A stretch of 64,000 nucleotides of DNA, taken from Verrucomicrobiota bacterium (GTDB taxonomy: Bacteria > Verrucomicrobiota > Verrucomicrobiia > Verrucomicrobiales > Verrucomicrobiaceae). Position 1 is the stretch's first letter. The number at the start of each line of letters is the position of its first letter. Below the pieces are notes generated by a model. It saw nothing but the letters and a program-made list of their open reading frames with translations. It was not told where the DNA came from and did no database searches. Below, piece by piece: positions 26,324 through 35,397 of this stretch. Both the position numbers and the translations under genes were made by a program. The DNA lies in NCBI GenBank assembly GCA_026397715.1, contig JAPLUN010000685.1, forward strand, positions 77 to 64,076. Direction: 5' to 3'.

Positions 26324-28942
26324 ATGCGCATCCATCCTTTCATTCTTGCTGTCGGATTGCTGACCCTGGAGGCCGCCGCCGACTCCACCGAATGCCTGCA
26401 CTGCAACAAGCATCTGCTGCCGCAGCCGCTGAAGCTGATTCCGGGCCGCAAATATGCACGAGATCGCCGGGCGGACATTCTGCATGTGAAGCTCGATGTG
26501 ACACCGGATTTTGCCAAACGCACGATCTCAGGCACGGCGACCCTGCGTTTCAAACCGATCGCTCTTCCTTTGGAGAAACTGGAACTGGATGCCGTGGACT
26601 TGAAGATCGCCTCCATCACGGCCGCCGGTGCGCAGGTCGCGGAGCATCAGGTCACGGAAGACAAACTCATCATCACCTTCACCAAGGCGATTGCACCAGA
26701 CGCTGAAGCGACGGTCACCGTCACCTATTCTGCGGTCCAGCCAGATCACGGCCTGTATTTCCGTACGCCGGAGATGGGCTACAAAGCAGGAGACACGCAG
26801 GTTTGGAGCCAGGGCGAGGCGGAGGAGCATCGCTTCTGGTTCCCCAGCTACGATTACCCCAATGAGCGCTTCACCAGCGAAGTCATCTGTCACGTGCCCA
26901 AGGGCATGCAGGTCATCTCCAATGGCATACTGCAAAGTGAAAAGCCCGGCAATGATGGCCTCACGGCCTTTCACTGGCTGCAGGACAAGCCGCATGTGAA
27001 CTACCTCATCGCAATGACTGCGGGCTACTTCCACAAGCTGGAGGACAAGGCGGGAAATCTGCCGCTCGCCATGCTGGTCCCTCCTTCGCACGCCGCACAG
27101 GCGGCAAACGCTTTTACCGACACCCGCAAGATAATCGAATTCTACCAGAAGGAAATCGGCGTGCCCTTTGCCTGGGATAAGTACTATCAGGTCTACTGCC
27201 TCGATTTCATCGCCGGCGGCATGGAAAACACCAGCTGCACCTTTGAAGCTGCCGACATGCTGTTCAACTCCGACACGGAACAGTTGCGTTCCCTGCACGA
27301 ACTCGATGCTCACGAAACGGCCCACCAGTGGTTCGGTGACCTCGTCACCTGCCGTGACTGGTCGCACCTCTGGCTCAACGAAGGCTTCGCCAGCTACTAC
27401 ACCATCCTCTACGAAGAGCAAAAACTCGGTGCGGATGCGATGAAGTACGCACTCTGGAAGGAAGCCCAGCAGGTGTTTCAGGCGAACGATACCCGCCCCA
27501 TCGTCTGGCGCGATTACGGCGACCCAATGCAGCAGTTCGATTCCCGCGCCTACCCAAAAGGTGCCTGGGTGCTGCACATGCTGCGCAGCCAGCTCGGCCC
27601 GAATTTGTATCGCAAATGCATCCGGACGTATCTTGAGCGCCATCGCAACAGCATCGTCCGCACCGAAGATCTGCAGGACGTCATTGAAGAAGTCAGCGGG
27701 CTGTCGTTTGACCAGTTTTTCGACCAGTGGCTCTTCCATGGCGGTGTGCCGGAATTGAAGATCGACTATGCATGGGACGCCGCTTCCAAGCAGGCCCGGA
27801 TCACCGTTCGGCAGACTCAAAAGCTCAGCGAACAAGTGCGCCTCTTCCGCGTGCCGCTGCCCGTTGGCTTTGCCATCCCCGGGCAAAAGGAGCTGCTGCG
27901 TGTCAAAGCAGACGTCAGCAAAGAGGTCGAAGACTTTTATTTCCCCCTGCCCGCCCAACCGGAACTGGTGCGCATCGATCCCGATTACACCGTGCTGGCC
28001 AAGGTCGCTTTCACACCAGCGGGCCCCATGCTCGACAAGCAGCTGCAATCTGATGTCCTCGGCCGCCTGCTCGCCATCAGCACGCTCGACGACAAACACA
28101 TCGACAAGCTTGGCAAAGCCCTGCGTGAAGATGCCTTCTACGCCATCCGTGCCGAGGCAGCGAAAGCTCTCGCGAAAATCGCCGAGCCCGAAGCCCGTGC
28201 GGCATTGATCGCAGGCAGTAGCAACCAGCCCGATGCACGCGTACGCAGGACCGTGGTGCAGTCTCTTGCTGCAATGAACACACCCGAATCGCAGGAAACC
28301 CTGTGGAAGATGGCCCAGAGCGAAAAGAACCCCGACATTCTCGCCAGCATCATCGAAACCTGGGGCGCACGCCCCGGAGATGCCGCAGTCGCCGCTGAAC
28401 TTCGCAAGCAACTGAAAGCAACCAGCTACAATAGCGCACTTCAGCTCGCCGCCATCAAAGCACTGCGCGCTCAGGACGACGAATCCGCGGTCCCAGACCT
28501 GCTGGCCCGGCTGCAGTCCCTCAATGACCTCCGTGGTCGTGATGCCGGCATCGCATTCGATGCAGTCGCCTTCCTCGCACGCCGCCCCACGAACACGCAG
28601 CGCGACTCCGTGCGTGAATTCCTCTCTGCCAAGCTTGCAGATCCTCGGCCCAGCTGGCGTCTCGCCAGTACCAAGGCACTCGGCACGCTGCGCGATCCCA
28701 AGGCACTCGCCGTGCTGGAACCACTGCTAGCCGGCGGCAATGCTCGCATCGATCCCGTGCGCGAGGCTGCAGCCAAATCGGTGCAGGACATCCGTGCGGG
28801 CTTGGAGAGCCCCGCCGATTTGAAAAAACTCTGGGACCGCGTGCAGCAGTTGCAAAAGCAGGCCGAGGAACAGCAGAAAGAGCTCGAAACCCTGAAGAAA
28901 AAATCACAGCCAGCCGCCGCCGAAAAGAAAGCGGGCAAGTAA
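26324..28942 (+). CDS. M1-family aminopeptidase (aminopeptidase N-like) with C-terminal HEAT-like repeats
   Basis: GAMEN-like GGMENTS and HETAHQWFGDLV...WLNEGFASY (HExxH-x18-E). Signal peptide from the ATG at 26324. Coiled-coil/Lys-rich tail. Confidence 0.9.
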   Translation: MRIHPFILAVGLLTLEAAADSTECLHCNKHLLPQPLKLIPGRKYARDRRADILHVKLDVTPDFAKRTISGTATLRFKPIALPLEKLELDAVDLKIASITAAGAQVAEHQVTEDKLIITFTKAIAPDAEATVTVTYSAVQPDHGLYFRTPEMGYKAGDTQVWSQGEAEEHRFWFPSYDYPNERFTSEVICHVPKGMQVISNGILQSEKPGNDGLTAFHWLQDKPHVNYLIAMTAGYFHKLEDKAGNLPLAMLVPPSHAAQAANAFTDTRKIIEFYQKEIGVPFAWDKYYQVYCLDFIAGGMENTSCTFEAADMLFNSDTEQLRSLHELDAHETAHQWFGDLVTCRDWSHLWLNEGFASYYTILYEEQKLGADAMKYALWKEAQQVFQANDTRPIVWRDYGDPMQQFDSRAYPKGAWVLHMLRSQLGPNLYRKCIRTYLERHRNSIVRTEDLQDVIEEVSGLSFDQFFDQWLFHGGVPELKIDYAWDAASKQARITVRQTQKLSEQVRLFRVPLPVGFAIPGQKELLRVKADVSKEVEDFYFPLPAQPELVRIDPDYTVLAKVAFTPAGPMLDKQLQSDVLGRLLAISTLDDKHIDKLGKALREDAFYAIRAEAAKALAKIAEPEARAALIAGSSNQPDARVRRTVVQSLAAMNTPESQETLWKMAQSEKNPDILASIIETWGARPGDAAVAAELRKQLKATSYNSALQLAAIKALRAQDDESAVPDLLARLQSLNDLRGRDAGIAFDAVAFLARRPTNTQRDSVREFLSAKLADPRPSWRLASTKALGTLRDPKALAVLEPLLAGGNARIDPVREAAAKSVQDIRAGLESPADLKKLWDRVQQLQKQAEEQQKELETLKKKSQPAAAEKKAGK

Positions 28943-28948
28943 ATCACC

Positions 28949-29320
28949 ATGCGATTCCCACGCCTACTCACCATCGCCACCAAAGTCGTCAAAGACACGC
29001 TTCTCTCACTGCCGACGGAGATTCGCAATGAAGCAGGAGACTGCCGCATTGAGTTAACCGAGATGGACGCGCTGATCGATATTGATGAGGATCTCGATCC
29101 CGATCTGCTGGGCCTGTTTGAAGGTCTCTCCCGCAGTGACGGGCTGCCGGAAACTCCGGACGAGATGCCGCGCATCCGCCTGTTTCTGGACAACCTGTGG
29201 GACGAGTGCGCCGGCGATCTGGCGACGTACCGTCATGAGGTTCGGATCACGTTTCTCCACGAGCTGGGCCATTATCTCGGACTGGATGAAGACGAAGTGG
29301 CGGCTCTGGGTCTGGAGTGA
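28949..29320 (+). CDS. Small metallopeptidase-family protein (DUF1025-like, HExxH)
   Basis: 123 aa ending ...ITFLHELGHYLGLDEDEVAALGLE. Starts 6 nt after the M1 peptidase stop. Confidence 0.7.
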   Translation: MRFPRLLTIATKVVKDTLLSLPTEIRNEAGDCRIELTEMDALIDIDEDLDPDLLGLFEGLSRSDGLPETPDEMPRIRLFLDNLWDECAGDLATYRHEVRITFLHELGHYLGLDEDEVAALGLE

Positions 29321-29321
29321 T

Positions 29322-29930
29322 TCATCCCATCTTCCGCCGCCCGTGCAGGGCTTGATACAGCGTGAGTTCATCCACGTGGTCGAGTCCGCCTCCGGCAGGC
29401 ATGCCCTGGGCCAGACGGGTGACTGCAATGCCAGCCGGACGCAGCAGATCTGCAATGTAGCTGGCGGTGGCTTCGCCTTCGACATCGGAGCCGAGGGCGA
29501 TGATGACTTCTTCCGTGTGAAGATCCCGCACACGATTGACCAGCGACTCCATGCGCAGGTCTTCCGGGGTCACGTTATCGAGCGGTGAAAGCCTACCACC
29601 GAGTACGTGGTACAATCCTTGAAATGCGCCTGACCGCTCCATGCGCAGCACATCTGCGGCCTGTTCGACCACGCAAAGCTGCCGCTGCTGTCGGCGCGGA
29701 TCGTGGCAGAGCAAACACTCGCTGTCGCTTTCAATGAAGAACCCGCAATCATCACAGGGAATGATGCGCTCCCTGGCCTCCAGCAGCGTGTTGGAAAGCA
29801 GGGGGATGCGCTCATCACTCCTTTGCAGCAGCCAGATCATGAGACGCTCCGCGCTGCGCGGTCCCAGGCCCGGCAACGATTTGAGCTGGGCGACAAGACG
29901 CTGGATCGCAGGTGGATAGTCGATACGCAC
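29322..29930 (-). CDS. recR: Recombination protein RecR
   Basis: LKSLPGLGPRSAERL helix-hairpin-helix, a C4 zinc finger (CDDCGFF...CLLC) and a Toprim region (VIIALGSDVEGEATA). Confidence 0.9.
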   Translation of the reverse strand: MRIDYPPAIQRLVAQLKSLPGLGPRSAERLMIWLLQRSDERIPLLSNTLLEARERIIPCDDCGFFIESDSECLLCHDPRRQQRQLCVVEQAADVLRMERSGAFQGLYHVLGGRLSPLDNVTPEDLRMESLVNRVRDLHTEEVIIALGSDVEGEATASYIADLLRPAGIAVTRLAQGMPAGGGLDHVDELTLYQALHGRRKMG

Positions 29931-29941
29931 GGCAAAAAAAC

Positions 29942-31228
29942 TCAGGTCACCGCGAGCTTGCGCGAATGTTTGGGGGTCTCTTTGCCCGGCGAAGATTTTT
30001 CCTTCAGAGCCAGATCAACGCGGTCCATAAAGTACTTGAGAGGCGCATCCTCACGGCCCTCGATGACGGCACTGTTGAAGCTTTCCTGCGCCTGCTTCAG
30101 ATCACCTTTGCGATACTGCACCACACCCTGCCAGAAGGAATCACGAGCGCGGATGTCCGGCTCAGGCAGCGTTCCTTTTTCGGCAAGCAGTTCATACACC
30201 TCGCTCATCTGGCTGGAACCCACGGTGCTGACCATTTCCATCGGGCGCACCTCAGCATTGTCTTTCACCAGTGCATACGTCCTCGCGCTTAGAAGCACCT
30301 TGCTGCCGTACTCGGCATTCAAGACGCAGAGCTGCGAGGCAAAATCGATCACATCACCCACGGCGCTGAAGCTTTCAAAGTGACTCACCCCAAACAGACC
30401 GCAGACCGCCGGCCCGGTGCTGAACGCCACACCAATCTGCGCCTTCTTGCCGAAGCGCTGCTCGATCTCTCGCGTCAGCGTGGCCACGTGGTTGCGCAGC
30501 ACCGCGGCCACCTGGACGGCATGCAGAGCATGATGCTCGTCTGTGAGCGGAAATCCAAAGAAGACGCGCACCTGCCGCGCATTGCAGTCATCCAGATAGG
30601 CACCGCGCTCGATGAGAAACCCTGAAATGCTGCGCTGAAAATGCGTGGCCAGTTCCTCGAACTGCGATGCCTCAATGCCCGTGGAAAGCTCCCCATGATT
30701 CAGCAGGCGGCAGGTCAGCACGGTGATTTCACGGCGCTCCGTCATTTTCGCCGGATTGTTTTGATCCGCGAGCTCCTCAAACAGACGCGTGGAAAGCCGG
30801 CCGACGAAGTAGTCGCGCATCACGTGGCAGCGGTAAGCATTGACCGAACCGCCCACGGCAATACCCGCAATGCCGGCGAACCACAGCGCCAGCGATCCCG
30901 ATATGGGCTCAAACAAAACCCCGCTCATGGCCATGATGCAGGCAAAAGTGATCGTGAGGAAGGTGCCGCCAAGGAGGAAAGCAAAACGCCGCCATTGTGA
31001 GGGCATCTCAATGCACACCCAGGCGCTGATGAAGGCCATGCATGTGTAGTATCCGTATTGCAGCAAAACGACGCGCTTCAATCCGCCGGCCGGCAAAATA
31101 AAACCGCGCGCATACAGTACTGCAAACCAGTCGGCCGTGGATTTGAAATAACCAAAGTGATACAAGGCCAGCAAGGGGATGCAGACCAGCACGCCAATGA
31201 ACATGGCGGCGACATGATTACGATTCAT
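29942..31228 (-). CDS. Membrane protein with degenerate class III cyclase-homology domain and TPR-like C-terminus
   Basis: About 5-6 N-terminal TM helices. The CHD-like core is collinear with class III cyclases but has substitutions at all catalytic positions (see finding). C-terminal FWQGVVQYRKGDLKQAQESF is TPR-like. Its start overlaps the ClpX-like stop by 11 nt. Confidence 0.8.
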   Translation of the reverse strand: MNRNHVAAMFIGVLVCIPLLALYHFGYFKSTADWFAVLYARGFILPAGGLKRVVLLQYGYYTCMAFISAWVCIEMPSQWRRFAFLLGGTFLTITFACIMAMSGVLFEPISGSLALWFAGIAGIAVGGSVNAYRCHVMRDYFVGRLSTRLFEELADQNNPAKMTERREITVLTCRLLNHGELSTGIEASQFEELATHFQRSISGFLIERGAYLDDCNARQVRVFFGFPLTDEHHALHAVQVAAVLRNHVATLTREIEQRFGKKAQIGVAFSTGPAVCGLFGVSHFESFSAVGDVIDFASQLCVLNAEYGSKVLLSARTYALVKDNAEVRPMEMVSTVGSSQMSEVYELLAEKGTLPEPDIRARDSFWQGVVQYRKGDLKQAQESFNSAVIEGREDAPLKYFMDRVDLALKEKSSPGKETPKHSRKLAVT

Positions 31229-32900
31229 GGGCAGGAGTGTCAGGGGTGATGTCGATGATGTTGTTGGAAACCGGCTCCGGCTGGCTGCGGCAGGCGTTTA
31301 CGACGAGCTCGCTGACATACTTGTCAGGATTCGCGATCGCGTCCGGAGTGATGACAAAGCTCGTCGCGCCTGTGCTGCGAGTGACGAGTTTGAGGCCAAA
31401 GGGATAATCTTTGAAGAGCTTCGCGCACATGGCCTCCACATGCAGACCTTCGCGCTGAGCGCGAGCGGCGATGGCTGCGATGGCTTCGCTGTCAAAGTCG
31501 AGCAGGAAGCCGTGCTCACGCTGAAAGCGCTCTGCAAAGGCCCTGACTTCACCGGCATGGGCGGCACCAAGTTCTCTGAACTGGCTGACGGCTTCGGCTC
31601 TATATTTGGCAAGTACTTGCTCCGGCTCTTTGACGAGCGAGCCGTCGACTTGGAGTTCTGGCAGCCCCAGGCTGGGCATTTCAAATTTGAAGTCACGCAG
31701 CACGCGCTCCCAGGCGGTGACAAGACCACGTGCTCCAGTCTTTTCATCCTCTGCGCGGCTGGCAATTTCGCGCAAGGCATCGTCCTTGAAAACTGCCTTG
31801 ACCCCGTAGGCGGCAAACTCGCGCTCATACTGACGGATGAGGCTGCCTTCGGAGTTTTTCATGATCTGGAACATGTCGTCCGCGCTCAGCGGATCACACA
31901 CCACACGCACGGGAAGGCGGCCGATGAATTCCGCCTCAAAGCCGTAGTCGATGAAGTCCTTCGTGCGCGCCTCACGGAACAAATACTCTGCGGAGGTGTC
32001 TTTCGTGTCTGCGGAAACGAAGCCGATGGATTTCCGATTCGTGCGCTTCTCGATGATCTTTTCCAGACCGCCGAAGGCACCACTGACAATGAAAAGGATG
32101 TTGCGCGTGTTCACCACCTCGCGGCCGGTGCGGCCTTTGCGGGTGTCGAACATCATCTGCATCTGGCTGCGGATGTCGTTCGGCGCATAAAGGGCCACCT
32201 CGGTTTCCTCCATCAGTTTCAGCAGGGTGGTCTGCACGCCGCGCCCGCTCACATCTCGCCCGAGTCTTTCGGGGCCGCTGCTGAGCTTGTCGATTTCATC
32301 CAGATAGATAATGCCATGCTCCGCGAGCTCGATGTCGCCATTGGCCTTGGCCACGAGATCGCGCACCAGATCATCCACATCTGCACCGACGTAGCCGGTT
32401 TCGCTGAACTTGGTCGCATCCGCCTTCACAAAGGGAACACCGATGAGATCGGCGATGTGTTTGACGAGGTAGGTCTTCCCGACGCCGGTGGGGCCGATGA
32501 TGATGACGTTCTGCTTGGAGAATTCCAGCCTGGCACCGCCAGACTCAGATGCGCGATCATCCCGCAGCATTTGCGCGTGGTGGTAGTGATCACACACCGC
32601 CGTGGCGAGCACTTTTTTGGCCTCGTCCTGGCGGATCACAAAACGGTCAAGGTGCGCCTTGATGTCGGCAGGGCGGTAGTTGAACTCGAAGACCCGGCCA
32701 TGGTCGGGCTTGGCCTCCTCGACGGGCTTCTCCTCGGCTTCGGGCATGGGGCGTCCTCCGGGGCCTTCCACGCGGGTGAAAAGCACCTGGCCGCCCAGGG
32801 TGTTTTTGATGAAATCCTCCAACTTGCGCGTGATCTCCTCCGGACTGCCGGGGGCTTTGGGTTTTTCGGTCTCTGGGGGTTCAGGCGTGGGATCGCTCAT
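31218..32900 (-). CDS. ClpX-like AAA+ unfoldase paralogue (no zinc-binding domain, extra C-terminal domain)
   Basis: IKAHLDRFVIRQDEAKKVL, Walker A GPTGVGKT, pore loop GYVG, Walker B IIYLDEIDKL and an IGF-type loop RKSIGFVS. The acidic, Pro-rich N-terminus has no Cys cluster. About 125 extra C-terminal residues. Confidence 0.85.
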   Translation of the reverse strand: MSDPTPEPPETEKPKAPGSPEEITRKLEDFIKNTLGGQVLFTRVEGPGGRPMPEAEEKPVEEAKPDHGRVFEFNYRPADIKAHLDRFVIRQDEAKKVLATAVCDHYHHAQMLRDDRASESGGARLEFSKQNVIIIGPTGVGKTYLVKHIADLIGVPFVKADATKFSETGYVGADVDDLVRDLVAKANGDIELAEHGIIYLDEIDKLSSGPERLGRDVSGRGVQTTLLKLMEETEVALYAPNDIRSQMQMMFDTRKGRTGREVVNTRNILFIVSGAFGGLEKIIEKRTNRKSIGFVSADTKDTSAEYLFREARTKDFIDYGFEAEFIGRLPVRVVCDPLSADDMFQIMKNSEGSLIRQYEREFAAYGVKAVFKDDALREIASRAEDEKTGARGLVTAWERVLRDFKFEMPSLGLPELQVDGSLVKEPEQVLAKYRAEAVSQFRELGAAHAGEVRAFAERFQREHGFLLDFDSEAIAAIAARAQREGLHVEAMCAKLFKDYPFGLKLVTRSTGATSFVITPDAIANPDKYVSELVVNACRSQPEPVSNNIIDITPDTPAHES

Positions 32901-33029
32901 GGGGGTGCTGACAGTGCGCGAGGCGAAGCCCGCTGACAAGCGGCACGATGCGTGCTCTGGACCGGCAAGAAATGCTCTTTTTCAGGGTTGCATGGCCCCC
33001 ATGACATCCCATACTCCGCCCCCCGCGCT

Positions 33030-34079
33030 ATGTCCGCCCCCGTCAAAGTCGCCGTCGTAGGAGCCAGTGGTTACTCTGGAGCAGAATTGCTGCGCCTGCT
33101 GCTGCGGCACCCCAACGTAGAACTGGTGGCTGTGACCTCGCGTTCTCTGGCTGGAAAAGCCCTCTCCAAGGAGTTTCCACGCTTCCGCAGTGTTGGCGTG
33201 GCTGATTCGCTGACCTTTACTGTGCCTGACGCCGCCGCCTTGAAAGCCGCCGGTGCAGAGATCGCCTTTCTGGCCGTGCCGCACGGGGTGGCCGCCGAAT
33301 ACGCGAAGCCGCTGCTGGAGCTGGGACTCAAGGTGATCGACCTCAGCGCGGACTTCCGTCTGAGGAGTCCGGCACTGTATGAGGAATTCTACGGCCACGC
33401 CCATCCTGCGCCTGAACTGCTGGATGAAGCCGTGTACGCCCTGCCGGAAATACGCGCGGAGCAGATCAAGACCGCAAGGCTCATCGCCTGCCCCGGCTGC
33501 TACCCCACCAGCATTCTGCTGCCTCTTCTTCCACTGCTGAAGGCTGGCCTGCTGGCCGAGTCTCCCCTGGCCGTGGCCAGCATGAGCGGAGCCAGTGGTG
33601 CCGGACGCAAAGAAAGCATCCCCCTCCTCTTCTGCGAAGTACAAAACAGCGTGCGCAGCTACAGCGTACCGCTGCACCGGCACCTGAGCGAGATCGGGCA
33701 GGAGCTTGCCATCGCCGCCGGTCGTGAGGTGAAGCTCTCCTTTGTGCCGCACCTCATGCCCACGCATTCGGGCATCTGCACCACGACCTTTGCACAGCTG
33801 CAGCCGGGAGTCACGATTGATCAAATCAGCGCCGCGCTGCATTCGGCCTACGATTCAGCACCCTTCGTGCGTTTGCTGGGGGTGAATCAGTCTCCAGACA
33901 CCAAAAACGTCACCGGCACCAACTTCGTGGACATCGGCTGGTCCTATGACGCCCGCGCAGGGCAGCTCATTTTGATGAGCACCGAAGATAACATCGGCAA
34001 AGGCGCCTCTGGCCAGGCTGTACAAAACATGAACCTCATCTGCGGCTTTGAGGCCACCGCAGGCCTGCTGTACGTCTAA
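33030..34079 (+). CDS. argC: N-acetyl-gamma-glutamyl-phosphate reductase
   Basis: VKVAVVGASGYSGAELLRLL Rossmann start and the catalytic-Cys context ARLIACPGCYPTS. Confidence 0.9.
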   Translation: MSAPVKVAVVGASGYSGAELLRLLLRHPNVELVAVTSRSLAGKALSKEFPRFRSVGVADSLTFTVPDAAALKAAGAEIAFLAVPHGVAAEYAKPLLELGLKVIDLSADFRLRSPALYEEFYGHAHPAPELLDEAVYALPEIRAEQIKTARLIACPGCYPTSILLPLLPLLKAGLLAESPLAVASMSGASGAGRKESIPLLFCEVQNSVRSYSVPLHRHLSEIGQELAIAAGREVKLSFVPHLMPTHSGICTTTFAQLQPGVTIDQISAALHSAYDSAPFVRLLGVNQSPDTKNVTGTNFVDIGWSYDARAGQLILMSTEDNIGKGASGQAVQNMNLICGFEATAGLLYV

Positions 34080-34083
34080 TTTT

Positions 34084-35370
34084 ATGGCGACCAAAGCACA
34101 CGACGAACGCGAATGCCGCGTCTCTTTCAAAGTCATCGACGGCGGCGTGACCGCCGCAAAGGGGTTCCGCGCCAGCGCCGTGACCTGCGGGATCAAGAAT
34201 CCTGAAGCCACCCGCCTGGATCTCGCGCTCATCGTTTCCGACGGCCCGACGACGACGGACGCGGTCTTCACGACTAACAAAGTACGCGCCGCCTGTGTGC
34301 GCGTCTGCCAGCAGCACATCAAGGAAAGCGATACCCGCGCCATCATCGCCAACAGCGGCAATGCCAACGCCTGCACCGGCGTGCAGGGCATCCAGGATGC
34401 GAAGGCGATGACCAAGGCTGTGGCCGAACAGCTCGGCGTGAAAATGCGTCAGGTGCTCGTCTGCTCCACCGGCATCATCGGCATGCCGATGCCCATTGAG
34501 CGTGTCATTGTCAAAGTGCCCGACGCGGTGGCCAAGCTGAAGTCCGATGGTTCCGATGACGCCATGCGCGCGATCATGACGAGCGACACGCAGCCCAAGT
34601 CCTTCGCAGTCGATGTGCCCTGCGGCAAAGGCAGCTTCCGTATTGGCGGCATCGCCAAAGGCGCGGGGATGATCTGCCCGAACATGGCCACCATGCTCTG
34701 CTTCATCACCACCGACGTTAAGATCGGCAAGGATGAGCTGCACCGCTCCATGCGCTACGCCGTGGAGAAGAGCTTCAACTGCATCACCATCGACGGTGAC
34801 ACCAGCACGAACGACACCGTCATCGTGATGAGCAACGGCCAGTCCGATGTCCCTACGATCAAAAAGGGTTCCCCCGAGGCGGAGCTCTTCCGCTGCGCGC
34901 TCCACAAGGTGATGCTGGAGCTCGCCAAGATGATCGTCTGTGATGGCGAGCGCGTGACCAAGTTCGTCGAGATCCGCGTCCGCAATGCCCGCACGCTGGC
35001 CGATGCCCGCAAGGTGGCCGAGACGGTGGCCAAATCACTCCTCGTGAAGTGCTCCTTCCATGGCTGCGATCCGAACTGGGGCCGCATCATCCACGCCGTC
35101 GGCTATTCCGGCGCGCGCATTCGTGAAGAACTCATCGACATCTATTTCGGCGGTCTGCAGGCTTGCAAAGGCGGTCTGGCCACGAAGACACCTGTGGGCG
35201 AGATGGAGAAGGTCGTGAAAGAACCCAAGTTCACCGTGACCATTGATCTCAATCTCGGCACCAGCGGCTACACCGTTTATACCAGCGACCTGTCCGAAGA
35301 ATACGTGGATTTCAACAGCTCGGAATACTCCGCCGCCATTCATGCGAAACGCCAGAAAGGCTTCGCTTGA
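34084..35370 (+). CDS. argJ: Bifunctional glutamate N-acetyltransferase / amino-acid acetyltransferase
   Basis: GFRASAVTCGIK and the autoprocessing-site context ATMLCFITTDV. OAT-family layout. Confidence 0.9.
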   Translation: MATKAHDERECRVSFKVIDGGVTAAKGFRASAVTCGIKNPEATRLDLALIVSDGPTTTDAVFTTNKVRAACVRVCQQHIKESDTRAIIANSGNANACTGVQGIQDAKAMTKAVAEQLGVKMRQVLVCSTGIIGMPMPIERVIVKVPDAVAKLKSDGSDDAMRAIMTSDTQPKSFAVDVPCGKGSFRIGGIAKGAGMICPNMATMLCFITTDVKIGKDELHRSMRYAVEKSFNCITIDGDTSTNDTVIVMSNGQSDVPTIKKGSPEAELFRCALHKVMLELAKMIVCDGERVTKFVEIRVRNARTLADARKVAETVAKSLLVKCSFHGCDPNWGRIIHAVGYSGARIREELIDIYFGGLQACKGGLATKTPVGEMEKVVKEPKFTVTIDLNLGTSGYTVYTSDLSEEYVDFNSSEYSAAIHAKRQKGFA

Positions 35371-35397
35371 TCGGTTCACGCAGTCACCTTCATCGCG

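Noticed and set aside
26528-28411. A 627-aa ORF antisense to the M1 aminopeptidase gene
   Set aside because: This is a typical high-GC shadow ORF. It is Arg/Gly/Ala/His-rich with no motifs, while the opposite strand carries unmistakable GAMEN-like and HExxH-E motifs.
29942-32900. Cyclase plus ATPase as a Pycsar/CBASS-like cyclic-nucleotide defence module
   Set aside because: The cyclase-homology domain lacks all catalytic residues, there is no recognisable effector (TIR, patatin, endonuclease or a TM effector with a cNMP-binding domain), and the neighbours are housekeeping genes.
31227-32936. A 569-aa ORF antisense to the ClpX-like gene
   Set aside because: The sense strand has complete AAA+ motifs. 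The antisense product has no recognisable features.
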